A stretch of DNA of 7,129 bases from the IMG/VR virus record IMGVR_UViG_2651869750_000012; one strand, written 5' to 3'. The DNA is from a virus (lineage: Duplodnaviria; Heunggongvirae; Uroviricota; Caudoviricetes). Below, piece by piece: positions 1-5,674 of the stretch. The notes beneath the pieces are model-generated. The model was not told where the DNA came from and made no database searches. It was given only the letters and a program-made list of their open reading frames with translations. Both the position numbers and the translations under genes were made by a program. The stretch's first letter is position 1. Each line of letters opens with the position of its first letter.

Positions 1-51
1 ATAAGCATCACGACGAACTTCAATACCATCAATGACCATCAGATTATTCAT
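1..51 (-). CDS. 5' end of an unidentified ORF continuing beyond the left edge (visible N-terminus MNNLMVIDGIEVRRDAY)
   Basis: ATG at 51..49 (minus strand) preceded by GAGGAG (reverse complement of 61-66) at 9-nt spacing, 19 nt downstream of the rusA stop; frame stays open to position 1. Too short to assign a function. Confidence 0.3.
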   Translation of the reverse strand, partial: MNNLMVIDGIEVRRDAY

Positions 52-70
52 ACTTCGTTTCTCCTCTTAA

Positions 71-460
71 TCAGGCGGCTGCACCCGCCGTTTTCTCGTA
101 CTTACTGATAGTGATCTCGACCTTCCCTCCCGGGATAACCGGTCCCCACTCAACCAGCATTCTTTTCACCTGACTGTCGTCTTCCCACACACCCGCATGG
201 GTCAGGGCGTCAAACAGCGCCTTGTTATAGTTGTCCAGATCGCGGATCCGGTTATCCGGAGGAAACAACACGATCTCCACTGAAGCAGGTGCCGACGTTG
301 GTTTTGGCAGACGACGTAACTGCTCAACTATTGCTGCACACGCCGCGCTCTGGAATTTGCGCCCCGCCGCGCTTATCAGGCTCTTACCAGCAAATGCCCC
401 TTTGTTGGGGTGTCGCCAGTACGTGTTCACGCTGGGCGGGAAAGGCAGGATCAGCTTCAT
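71..460 (-). CDS. rusA: Crossover junction endodeoxyribonuclease RusA (Holliday junction resolvase)
   Basis: 129-aa ORF. N-terminal LPFPPSVNTYWRH and central PDNRIRDLDNYNKALFDALTHAGVWEDDSQV align motif-for-motif with my recollection of E. coli RusA ([44 protein letters not shown]), including the catalytic acidic residues. The ATG (460..458) overlaps the upstream MTase stop as ATGA. Confidence 0.9.
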   Translation of the reverse strand: MKLILPFPPSVNTYWRHPNKGAFAGKSLISAAGRKFQSAACAAIVEQLRRLPKPTSAPASVEIVLFPPDNRIRDLDNYNKALFDALTHAGVWEDDSQVKRMLVEWGPVIPGGKVEITISKYEKTAGAAA

Positions 461-1110
461 GCCACCATCTCCCTGACCAGTTTTTCTGCCTGCTGGCGAA
501 CCTGCGCCAGAAAGGCCTCACCACATGCCTCAAGTTCATCGCGCCCGATGTAGCTGATTGCCGGTCCCTTCCAGGTCTTGTCAAAAACAGCAATAGCACC
601 AGCGAAGAAAGCGCCTGTCGGCACCTGCTTCTCATCCTTCGGGATAAACCAGGCAGGCAGTTCAAAACCAATACGCCCGCGAATAAAAGCAATATGGTCC
701 GCATCTTCCGGCCACCACACTTCGCTGGTGGCAGCTTTGATCAGGAAAACATAGCGCCCGCCCTTATCACGCATGGCACTGGCATGTTTCATGATGTAAC
801 GCATGCCGGTGATGTATTGCCCCTCATGCTGACTGGCGCGGCTGTATGGAGGATTACCAAAGGCAGCACCTTTAAGCTCCACAAGGCGTTCTGACCAGTC
901 ATGCGCCAGCGCGTTGTCTTCCGCCGTGTAATACGCGGCACATTTGGCGTTATCACCGTCAGTGAACAGATCCAGAACAAACGGGCCAAACAGGGTGTTA
1001 ATTCCCCAGAAAATGTTGTCCGGCGTGCGCCACTGATCACCCACTTCCTTCAGTTCATGGGCTGGTTTGTTCCGCAGTTCCACCAGCTCCTGGCAATATT
1101 TATTACTCAT
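457..1110 (-). CDS. Phage Dam-family DNA N6-adenine methyltransferase (orphan; no nuclease partner in the window)
   Basis: Contains the amino-MTase catalytic motif GNPPYS and WRTPDNIFWG..FGPFVLDLFTDGDNAKCAAYYT, which I recognise as typical of the phage T1-type Dam family. Start is ambiguous: the ORF track begins at a GTG at 1143, which would overlap the upstream gene by 34 nt; I prefer the ATG at 1110..1108, which overlaps the YfdN-like stop as TAATG and gives 217 aa. Confidence 0.85.
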   Translation of the reverse strand: MSNKYCQELVELRNKPAHELKEVGDQWRTPDNIFWGINTLFGPFVLDLFTDGDNAKCAAYYTAEDNALAHDWSERLVELKGAAFGNPPYSRASQHEGQYITGMRYIMKHASAMRDKGGRYVFLIKAATSEVWWPEDADHIAFIRGRIGFELPAWFIPKDEKQVPTGAFFAGAIAVFDKTWKGPAISYIGRDELEACGEAFLAQVRQQAEKLVREMVA

Positions 1111-1604
1111 TAAGCCCCCACGTAATTCCCTGACAGATACCACTCATCACCCGATACAGCGCGCTTGCTGCTTTTCCGTAAACACTGCTCACGACGCGCC
1201 AGAAAATTGTTTCGTTCTGGCTGGGAGTGGCTTTCACGGAATGCCGCCATCCACACCGTTGCAGCACGACGGTATAGGCCCCTGGACTCCAGTTCTTCCG
1301 CCTGGCGGGTCAGGCACAAAATCACCCGGGGATCGTTAGTGCCGACATAGAAATTGCGCACAGGTCTGGTTTCACGAACTGGTTGTAGTTCCGGCTCCTG
1401 CGCTCTCTCAGTCAGGCGTGGGAAATGTCTGCGTGTATCTCCTTCACAACGGTGAGCCACACGCCCACTCTGACGTAACTTGCTTGCTGACTGCAGAACG
1501 CGCTGCCGTGAGTAACCTGCAAAAGCATCCGCAATGTCTCCGGAAGTACACCCCGGATGGGCTTCAATGAATTTCTGAACGTCATTCAAAAGACTCATGA
1601 TCAC
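1110..1604 (-). CDS. yfdN: YfdN-like protein: N-terminal winged-helix-like region plus C-terminal PerC-like domain (putative transcriptional regulator)
   Basis: 164-aa ORF. The C-terminal AEELESRGLYRRAATVW resembles the PerC/Pch signature as I recall it (A-E-x-L-E-x-K/R-G-L/F-W/Y-R-R-A-A-x-x-W). Length matches my recollection of K-12 YfdN (164 aa); the gene symbol is from memory, not a search. Track start is GTG 1604 (GTGA overlap with the O-like stop); an ATG at 1598 preceded by AGGGGG is an equally plausible start. Confidence 0.65.
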   Translation of the reverse strand: MIMSLLNDVQKFIEAHPGCTSGDIADAFAGYSRQRVLQSASKLRQSGRVAHRCEGDTRRHFPRLTERAQEPELQPVRETRPVRNFYVGTNDPRVILCLTRQAEELESRGLYRRAATVWMAAFRESHSQPERNNFLARREQCLRKSSKRAVSGDEWYLSGNYVGA

Positions 1605-2419
1605 CCCCTGAATCCTGCCGGGATCTGGCTGTAGTCCACGTTGTCGTAACTGGCTTTGAAGTACGGGTCCTCGCGTCTGGCTGCAGATATCGCAGGAACT
1701 TCCCAGGATTCTTCGAAATGACGATCCGGACCAAAGAACGTGACAGCCTGTTTCACAAATTGTGTGCCGCTGTTACCCATCGCAGATACCCAGCCCGCGT
1801 AGCGTTTCACACCTTCCAGCATGGTTTCGGGGTTTACCCCCTCGTTCAAACGGGCTTTCCAGGCTTTGAAGGCTGCAGATTTTGAATTGCCACCAGCACG
1901 TTTGGGATATGCCAGCCATGCCTGCTCAAACTCCGGAGAGTATTCCGGTCGGTTTGAACGAACTCGCACGGACTCATCAACTGATGCACCAACAGCTATT
2001 GGTTCATTGACTGGTTCTTTGACTGGTTCAAAAGAGTGACTGGTTCTGGGTGAATCTCCTGCACTACCCCCTGGTGCAACTCCTGCACTACCTGGTGAAT
2101 TTGCTGCACCAGATAGTGAATTATTTGCACTACCCCCTAGTGAATCTCCTGCACCATCCAGATGAAGGAGATAGATATTACTTGAGTTACCTTTTTCACC
2201 TTTCCGGGTGACTTTTTTTACCAGCCCGGACTCACAGAGGGCCGCAATATGATTCATCACAGAACGTTTGCTAATCTCGCACTGATCAGCGATATGCTGA
2301 TAGCTGGGCCAGCACTCACCCTGATCGCTGGCATTATCAGCCAGCTTGATCAGAACCAGTTTTCGCAATGGATTACCCACTCGAATTTTCATCGCTTTAA
2401 CCATCAGCTCCATACTCAT
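1601..2419 (-). CDS. Lambda O-like replication initiation protein (N-terminal HTH iteron-binding-like domain, Gly/Ser/Ala-rich linker, C-terminal YdaU/DnaT-like domain)
   Basis: 272-aa ORF. N-terminus (LRKLVLIKLADNASDQGECWPSYQHIADQCEISKRSVMNHIAALCESGLVKK) has the winged-helix pattern of lambda O N-terminal domains. C-terminus (AWLAYPKRAGGNSKSAAFKAWKARL...QFVKQAVTFFGPDRHFEESW) matches what I recall of the YdaU/DUF1376-type replication domain. ATG at 2419 is preceded by GGAGG at 6 nt and overlaps the upstream stop as ATGA. The middle of the gene carries iteron-like DNA repeats. Confidence 0.8.
   Translation of the reverse strand: MSMELMVKAMKIRVGNPLRKLVLIKLADNASDQGECWPSYQHIADQCEISKRSVMNHIAALCESGLVKKVTRKGEKGNSSNIYLLHLDGAGDSLGGSANNSLSGAANSPGSAGVAPGGSAGDSPRTSHSFEPVKEPVNEPIAVGASVDESVRVRSNRPEYSPEFEQAWLAYPKRAGGNSKSAAFKAWKARLNEGVNPETMLEGVKRYAGWVSAMGNSGTQFVKQAVTFFGPDRHFEESWEVPAISAARREDPYFKASYDNVDYSQIPAGFRG
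2008..2160. repeat. Iteron-like direct repeats inside the O-like gene (candidate phage replication origin)
   Basis: Three copies of TGACTGGTTC at about 2008-2017, 2020-2029 and 2037-2046. Then five imperfect 20-25-bp direct repeats with consensus about tGGTGAATcTcCTGCACtACCcc at about 2047-2071, 2072-2092, 2093-2110, 2115-2137 and 2138-2157, followed by a more AT-rich stretch at 2161-2220. The position in the inter-domain linker of the initiator mirrors ori-lambda inside gene O. Confidence 0.45.
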
Positions 2420-2652
2420 GCTGCACCTCCGAGATGCTTCATGTTTTTTCCGGAGCGAAAGGCTATAAGCGGCATACTGACGCGGTAATTACGGCCCAGC
2501 GGTTCACAAATCACCTTCTGGCATTCACGGTCAACCAGGCTAACACGTAGAACATGCCCTGCAGGCGTGGTGTACCACTGCCCAACTGTAGGAATTGATG
2601 TTTTTTTACGCTGAAGTAAACGGCGAATATTGAGGCTCAACGGATTAAGCAT
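2416..2652 (-). CDS. Hypothetical 78-aa protein, translationally coupled between the 278-aa gene and the O-like gene
   Basis: ATG at 2652..2650 preceded by GGAGGG at 7-nt spacing; start overlaps the upstream stop (ATGCTTAA) and stop overlaps the O-like start (ATGA). I recognise no motif. Confidence 0.55.
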   Translation of the reverse strand: MLNPLSLNIRRLLQRKKTSIPTVGQWYTTPAGHVLRVSLVDRECQKVICEPLGRNYRVSMPLIAFRSGKNMKHLGGAA

Positions 2653-3481
2653 GACGATGCCCTCCGCTGATATTCAGGAGACGGTGAATATGAAAATTAG
2701 CCTTATCCGCCAGACGAATACGTTCAGCCTGCAAGTTAAGAAGGGTTTCTACCAAAACCTGATGCGCCTGGGGATCCGAAAGAGTTACCTTGCGCAGAGC
2801 ACGTAGTGCAGTTGTTACATAACTGAGTTTATGTAAGTCTTCATCATTCAGACGAGTGAGGGCTGGGACAGTAGCCATGATGGCAGCCTCCTTGATCGGT
2901 GAAATACTTCCACCACCGGAAACGCCAATTTCGCTGGTGGTGAACTGAACGGGGTTGGCGTAACCGGTGATCAAGGAAACCGGCGCATCTTTCGATGCCC
3001 CCGCCCAGCCCACCATAACTTTGATGTGAGCAAATGCGGACGATAAAAAAGACGCTGGCGCGTCATATATCGCCTTGATCAATTCCAGGACGCCAATCCC
3101 GGCACCCGCTTTATAAGGTGCCTGAACAGTGTAACGTCCCGGAATGGCAGAATCAATGTGCTGGTGGTCCTTCACACTCAACAAAATCACGCCTGAATTT
3201 CCACAAAGGACTAAAGCACTCATGCGGGTAGTCTTTGCGAAGATAGATAACGCGCTGTGTTTCTGGCTCCCAACGAATAACATGAACATAAAGTCCTCTT
3301 CCGTCACGAAACCAGCGGTTAAGTTCCTGCACAACTCGCCCCCCACAGTCAGGTAAAGTTCTCTGTGGTTACTTACAGCCAGGTGATTTGGTAATCTGCA
3401 TTCATGCCGTAACAACAGGTGTTCAGCGACGCTGACCACCAGCTGTTGCGACAAACGGTTATTTGCCGTTAAACTGTTCAT
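2645..3481 (-). CDS. Hypothetical 278-aa protein of unknown function (predicted alpha/beta, Gly-rich loops AGAGIG and GVSGGGS)
   Basis: Long ORF in the operon sense strand; ATG at 3481..3479 overlaps the CII-like stop as ATGA. It fits none of the lambdoid replication or regulatory families I know, and lacks Walker A, PP-loop, NPPY and HEPN motifs. The alternating hydrophobic strand/helix pattern with glycine-rich loops suggests a Rossmann-like fold, but that is inference only. Confidence 0.7.
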   Translation of the reverse strand: MNSLTANNRLSQQLVVSVAEHLLLRHECRLPNHLAVSNHRELYLTVGGELCRNLTAGFVTEEDFMFMLFVGSQKHSALSIFAKTTRMSALVLCGNSGVILLSVKDHQHIDSAIPGRYTVQAPYKAGAGIGVLELIKAIYDAPASFLSSAFAHIKVMVGWAGASKDAPVSLITGYANPVQFTTSEIGVSGGGSISPIKEAAIMATVPALTRLNDEDLHKLSYVTTALRALRKVTLSDPQAHQVLVETLLNLQAERIRLADKANFHIHRLLNISGGHRHA

Positions 3482-4041
3482 GCGTTAGTTTCTCCACAGA
3501 CACAAAACGCCACGACGCCCGGAGCTGCACACTCGCGGGCGTCACTCTTTTCTGGAGCGCAAAAGATTTTGTAGACCAGTGCTGCATGCTCCTGGAGCTT
3601 CGAAATTGACAGATACAACTCATCATTAATTGCTGTCTGCTCGTGTGGCTCCGCTACCCCATCTTCGATTGCCGAACGAATCTGCTTTGAGTAACTCCCG
3701 ATCTGTTCGATGACTTCCAGCAGGCGCTGGTTTATATCGGCGTTCTCTACTTCCTCAATTTCAGGAAGCGATACAAACACCCCACCAGCAGACTGTGCGA
3801 CAGCATCCGCAATGTAGTGAGTGCCAGCCGCGCGCTGTAAAATCATTGCCCATCCCAGCGGGAAAATCTGATCGCCATCTGCACGAAGGCGGTTGAATAA
3901 AGCGTTCTCTGTTACATCCAGCCACTCAGCAGCTTCAGCGTAACCCCCCGGCAACGCCGCGATAGTTTTTCTGACAGCTTTCACGTACCACTCAGGCTGT
4001 TTTTCTACTTTCCAGTGATGCTTACCCACGGTTAGCCTCAT
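3478..4041 (-). CDS. CII-like early regulatory protein (phage 186 CII/CP76 or YdaT-like family)
   Basis: 187-aa ORF in the second position of the early-right operon after the cro-like gene. The N-terminal region (AEWLDVTENALFNRLRADGDQIFPLGWAMILQRAAG...) follows the residue pattern of 186 CII as I recall it. The Shine-Dalgarno is weak, so the start may differ. Family assignment is from memory. Confidence 0.55.
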   Translation of the reverse strand: MRLTVGKHHWKVEKQPEWYVKAVRKTIAALPGGYAEAAEWLDVTENALFNRLRADGDQIFPLGWAMILQRAAGTHYIADAVAQSAGGVFVSLPEIEEVENADINQRLLEVIEQIGSYSKQIRSAIEDGVAEPHEQTAINDELYLSISKLQEHAALVYKIFCAPEKSDARECAAPGVVAFCVCGETNA

Positions 4042-4072
4042 CGTTCTGTGGTTAAAAATTGAAGGTGTTCTG

Positions 4073-4273
4073 TTAATCTTTCGGATAGATATCCGGTCTT
4101 AAGTCATATTTCGTAATTGCACCTGACGTGCATTGCTCAAGTTTTTTAGCCAGCACAAAACTGGCTTTTTTATAACCATTGAAAACCAGCCGTAAGTAGC
4201 CTGGTGTTGAGCCAACTTTTCCGGCCAACTCGCCCTGCTGTTCTTTGGTTAAAGAGTCCCAATACGCTTTCAT
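4073..4273 (-). CDS. cro: Cro-like repressor (YdaS/Cro-CI family HTH protein, 66 aa)
   Basis: The track ORF 4073..4576 overlaps cI antisense. The internal ATG at 4273..4271 is preceded by GGAGG (reverse complement of 4284-4288) and gives a 66-aa protein, MKAYWDSLTKEQQGELAGKVGSTPGYLRLVFNGYKKAS...KYDLRPDIYPKD, with an HTH and the C-terminal LRPDI motif I associate with YdaS-type Cro proteins. It lies divergent from cI across the operator region. Confidence 0.75.
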   Translation of the reverse strand: MKAYWDSLTKEQQGELAGKVGSTPGYLRLVFNGYKKASFVLAKKLEQCTSGAITKYDLRPDIYPKD

Positions 4274-4363
4274 ACAATATGTACCTCCGATATACATATT
4301 ACATGATTGAGATGAACCTTCAAGATACTTGTACCCTATCGGTACAAAGGTTTTAATTTCGTT
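4274..4363. promoter_or_regulatory. cro-cI intergenic control region: divergent promoters (PR/PRM analogues) with operator-like 19-bp palindromes
   Basis: 7-5-7 palindromes with half-site ATGTAYC: 4279-4297 ATGTACC-TCCGA-TATACAT; 4329-4347 TTGTACC-CTATC-GGTACAA (perfect); weaker 4312-4330 ATGAACC-TTCAA-GATACTT. Candidate leftward promoter: -35 TTGAAG (reverse complement of 4318-4323), 16-nt spacer, -10 TAATAT (reverse complement of 4296-4301). Candidate rightward promoter: -35 TTGTAC (4329-4334), 17-nt spacer, -10 TTTAAT (4352-4357) ending 6 nt before the cI ATG, which would make cI mRNA leaderless or nearly so, as at lambda PRM. Promoter calls are by eye. Confidence 0.5.
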
Positions 4364-5038
4364 ATGAAAACAGTCCATGACATCCGGCGGTCTAACGCCA
4401 GAAAACTGAGAGATGGTGTTGGCGGGAATTCTTCCTTTGCCACCATGATTGATCGCGAGCCAACCCAGACCAGCAGGTTTATGGGAGATGGTGCTACTAA
4501 AAATATCGGTGACAGCATGGCACGGCACATCGAAAAATGTTTCGACCTGCCTGTCGGATGGCTTGATCAAGAACACCAGACAACAAACATCACAAAAAAA
4601 CCTGATGTTTCAATTACTAACAAACAAATAACGTTAGTCCCTGTCATATCATGGGTACAGGCCGGAGCATGGAAAGAAGTTGGCTATTCTGAGGTTGATT
4701 TGAGCACAGCAGAAACTTATCCCTGCCCTGTACCCTGTGGCGAAATGACTTATATCTTGCGGGTGATTGGTGATTCAATGATTGATGAGTACCGCCCGGG
4801 AGACATGATTTTTGTAGATCCTGAAGTCCCTGCCTGCCACGGTGACGACGTTATTGCATTGATGCACGATACAGGCGAAACCACCTTTAAGCGGTTGATA
4901 GAAGATGGAACACAGCGTTACCTCAAAGCATTAAACCCAAACTGGCCTGAACCTTACATTAAGATCAACGGTAATTGCTCTATAATTGGTACAGTAATTT
5001 TCTCAGGAAAACCAAGAAGATACAAAATAAAGGCCTAA
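4364..5038 (+). CDS. cI: Prophage cI repressor (N-terminal HTH, C-terminal LexA-like S24 autopeptidase)
   Basis: 224 aa. The C-terminal domain aligns closely with my recollection of P22 C2: ISWVQAG-AW vs ISWVSAG-QW (Ala100-Gly101 cleavage site), VIGDSM (Ser138 nucleophile), FVDPEV, TFKRL (Lys176), LNPNWPEPYIKINGNCSIIG vs LNPQYPMIEINGNCKIIG. Confidence 0.9.
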   Translation: MKTVHDIRRSNARKLRDGVGGNSSFATMIDREPTQTSRFMGDGATKNIGDSMARHIEKCFDLPVGWLDQEHQTTNITKKPDVSITNKQITLVPVISWVQAGAWKEVGYSEVDLSTAETYPCPVPCGEMTYILRVIGDSMIDEYRPGDMIFVDPEVPACHGDDVIALMHDTGETTFKRLIEDGTQRYLKALNPNWPEPYIKINGNCSIIGTVIFSGKPRRYKIKA

Positions 5039-5049
5039 TCAATATTTAT

Positions 5050-5072
5050 AACCTGCTTCGGCAGGTTTTTTT
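5050..5072 (+). terminator. Rho-independent terminator downstream of cI
   Basis: Stem AACCTGC (5050-5056), loop TTCG, stem GCAGGTT (5061-5067), then a T-run (5066-5072), 12 nt after the cI stop codon. Confidence 0.7.
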
Positions 5073-5076
5073 ATAC

Positions 5077-5121
5077 TTGACAATGTACCCTTGAGATACA
5101 TAATGTATCTAAAAGAAACAT
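5077..5121 (+). promoter_or_regulatory. Strong sigma70-like promoter (early-left, PL analogue) overlapped by two tandem operator-like 19-bp palindromes
   Basis: -35 TTGACA (5077-5082), 16-nt spacer, -10 CATAAT (5099-5104). Operator-like sites 5083-5101 ATGTACC-CTTGA-GATACAT and 5103-5121 ATGTATC-TAAAA-GAAACAT share the half-site seen in the cro-cI intergenic operators. An 8-1-8 palindrome AGATACAT-A-ATGTATCT (5094-5110) bridges the two sites. Confidence 0.55.
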
Positions 5122-5541
5122 GTCACAGGCAAGATTAAACAAAATTTGGTTGTAACACGGCGTATGGCACATGCGTCGTTAGCGGTCTGGGGACGTTAAA
5201 GGGGACAATCCACTCCTTGCTCGGGCAAACAAACCAGGTAGCCGGAATGTGCAAGTCAATGATGATGCTGATAAGACGCCTAACCAGCGTGGCGGTTCGG
5301 TTTGACACCTGGGAAGAGACCAGGGTGCAACGATGAGGGCATTTATGGAACCGCGACAAAGTGTGGTGCCGTAACTGGCTAAGTGCTCTCAGCGTTGTGG
5401 TGAATGCGCAGGCTGATGCGCGAAAGACATTGCAGCTAATGCGGAAAAGAGCTGTTCGGCGGGGCAATTAAACGCCCGTGAGAGTCTGAAATAACCGCAA
5501 GCCGGAGATCAGCACCGGTCACCACAACAGCCACTGCTTTG

Positions 5542-5588
5542 GCGGTACCAGTTTGTACACTTGCTTCCGGCTGGTACCGCTCTTTTTA
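5542..5588 (+). terminator. Intrinsic terminator inside the early-left leader, upstream of the YfdP-like gene
   Basis: Perfect 10-bp GC-rich stem GCGGTACCAG (5542-5551) / CTGGTACCGC (5571-5580), 19-nt loop, followed by TCTTTTTA (5581-5588). Confidence 0.55.
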
Positions 5589-5589
5589 C

Positions 5590-5674
5590 AAAACAGAGAA
5601 GAGCATCACCGGACGACGGGCTCATAACCCAATCCATCCGGGCGGCTGCCACCGCAGGTGTTCTTCTCTGTTTT
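5590..5674 (+). other. Long-range 15-bp inverted repeat (putative RNA stem enclosing a ~55-nt structured loop) in the leader just upstream of the YfdP-like ribosome-binding site
   Basis: AAAACAGAGAAGAGC (5590-5604) is complementary to GTTCTTCTCTGTTTT (5660-5674) with a single G-U position; the enclosed loop contains shorter GC stems (for example GCGG 5642-5645 / CCGC 5652-5655). Confidence 0.4.

Noticed and set aside
231-1350. Plus-strand and other antisense ORFs overlapping rusA, the MTase and the YfdN-like gene (231..476, 289..894, 384..704, 789..1040, 901..1113, 1067..1339, 1165..1350)
   Set aside because: All lie antisense to or out of frame with genes that have clear family motifs and coupled starts; no SD or promoter context. 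Judged to be shadow ORFs.
1821-3356. Antisense ORFs 1821..2039, 2249..2488 and 3144..3356
   Set aside because: Embedded antisense within the O-like and 278-aa genes, with no independent translation signals.
2645-3481. Possible tubulin/FtsZ-like or PP-loop/HEPN assignment for the 278-aa protein, based on AGAGIG and GVSGGGS glycine-rich loops
   Set aside because: Spacing and context of the motifs do not fit FtsZ T1/T4 loops; there is no N-terminal SGGxDS and no Rx4-6H motif. Without a profile search the resemblance is too weak to assert.
4073-4576. Long 167-aa version of the cro-like ORF, and the nested 64-aa ORF at 4336..4530
   Set aside because: The upstream extension runs antisense through the cI coding region and across the operator/promoter region. 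The internal ATG at 4273 with a GGAGG SD gives a canonical 66-aa Cro-like protein.
4449-4631. 60-aa plus-strand ORF inside cI in another frame
   Set aside because: Out-of-frame overlap with the well-supported cI repressor gene.
5135-5467. 110-aa minus-strand ORF in the region between cI and the YfdP-like gene
   Set aside because: Composition is Cys/His/Trp/Arg/Ser/Thr-rich, typical of out-of-frame or non-coding translation. It has no SD and would be transcribed head-on into the strong early-left promoter. The region is better explained as an untranslated leader.
5578-5588. boxA-like sequence CGCTCTTTTTA suggesting a nut site
   Set aside because: It coincides with the U-tract of the terminator hairpin, no boxB-like 5-bp stem with a GAAAA-type loop follows, and no N-like gene is present. 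Most likely a chance resemblance.
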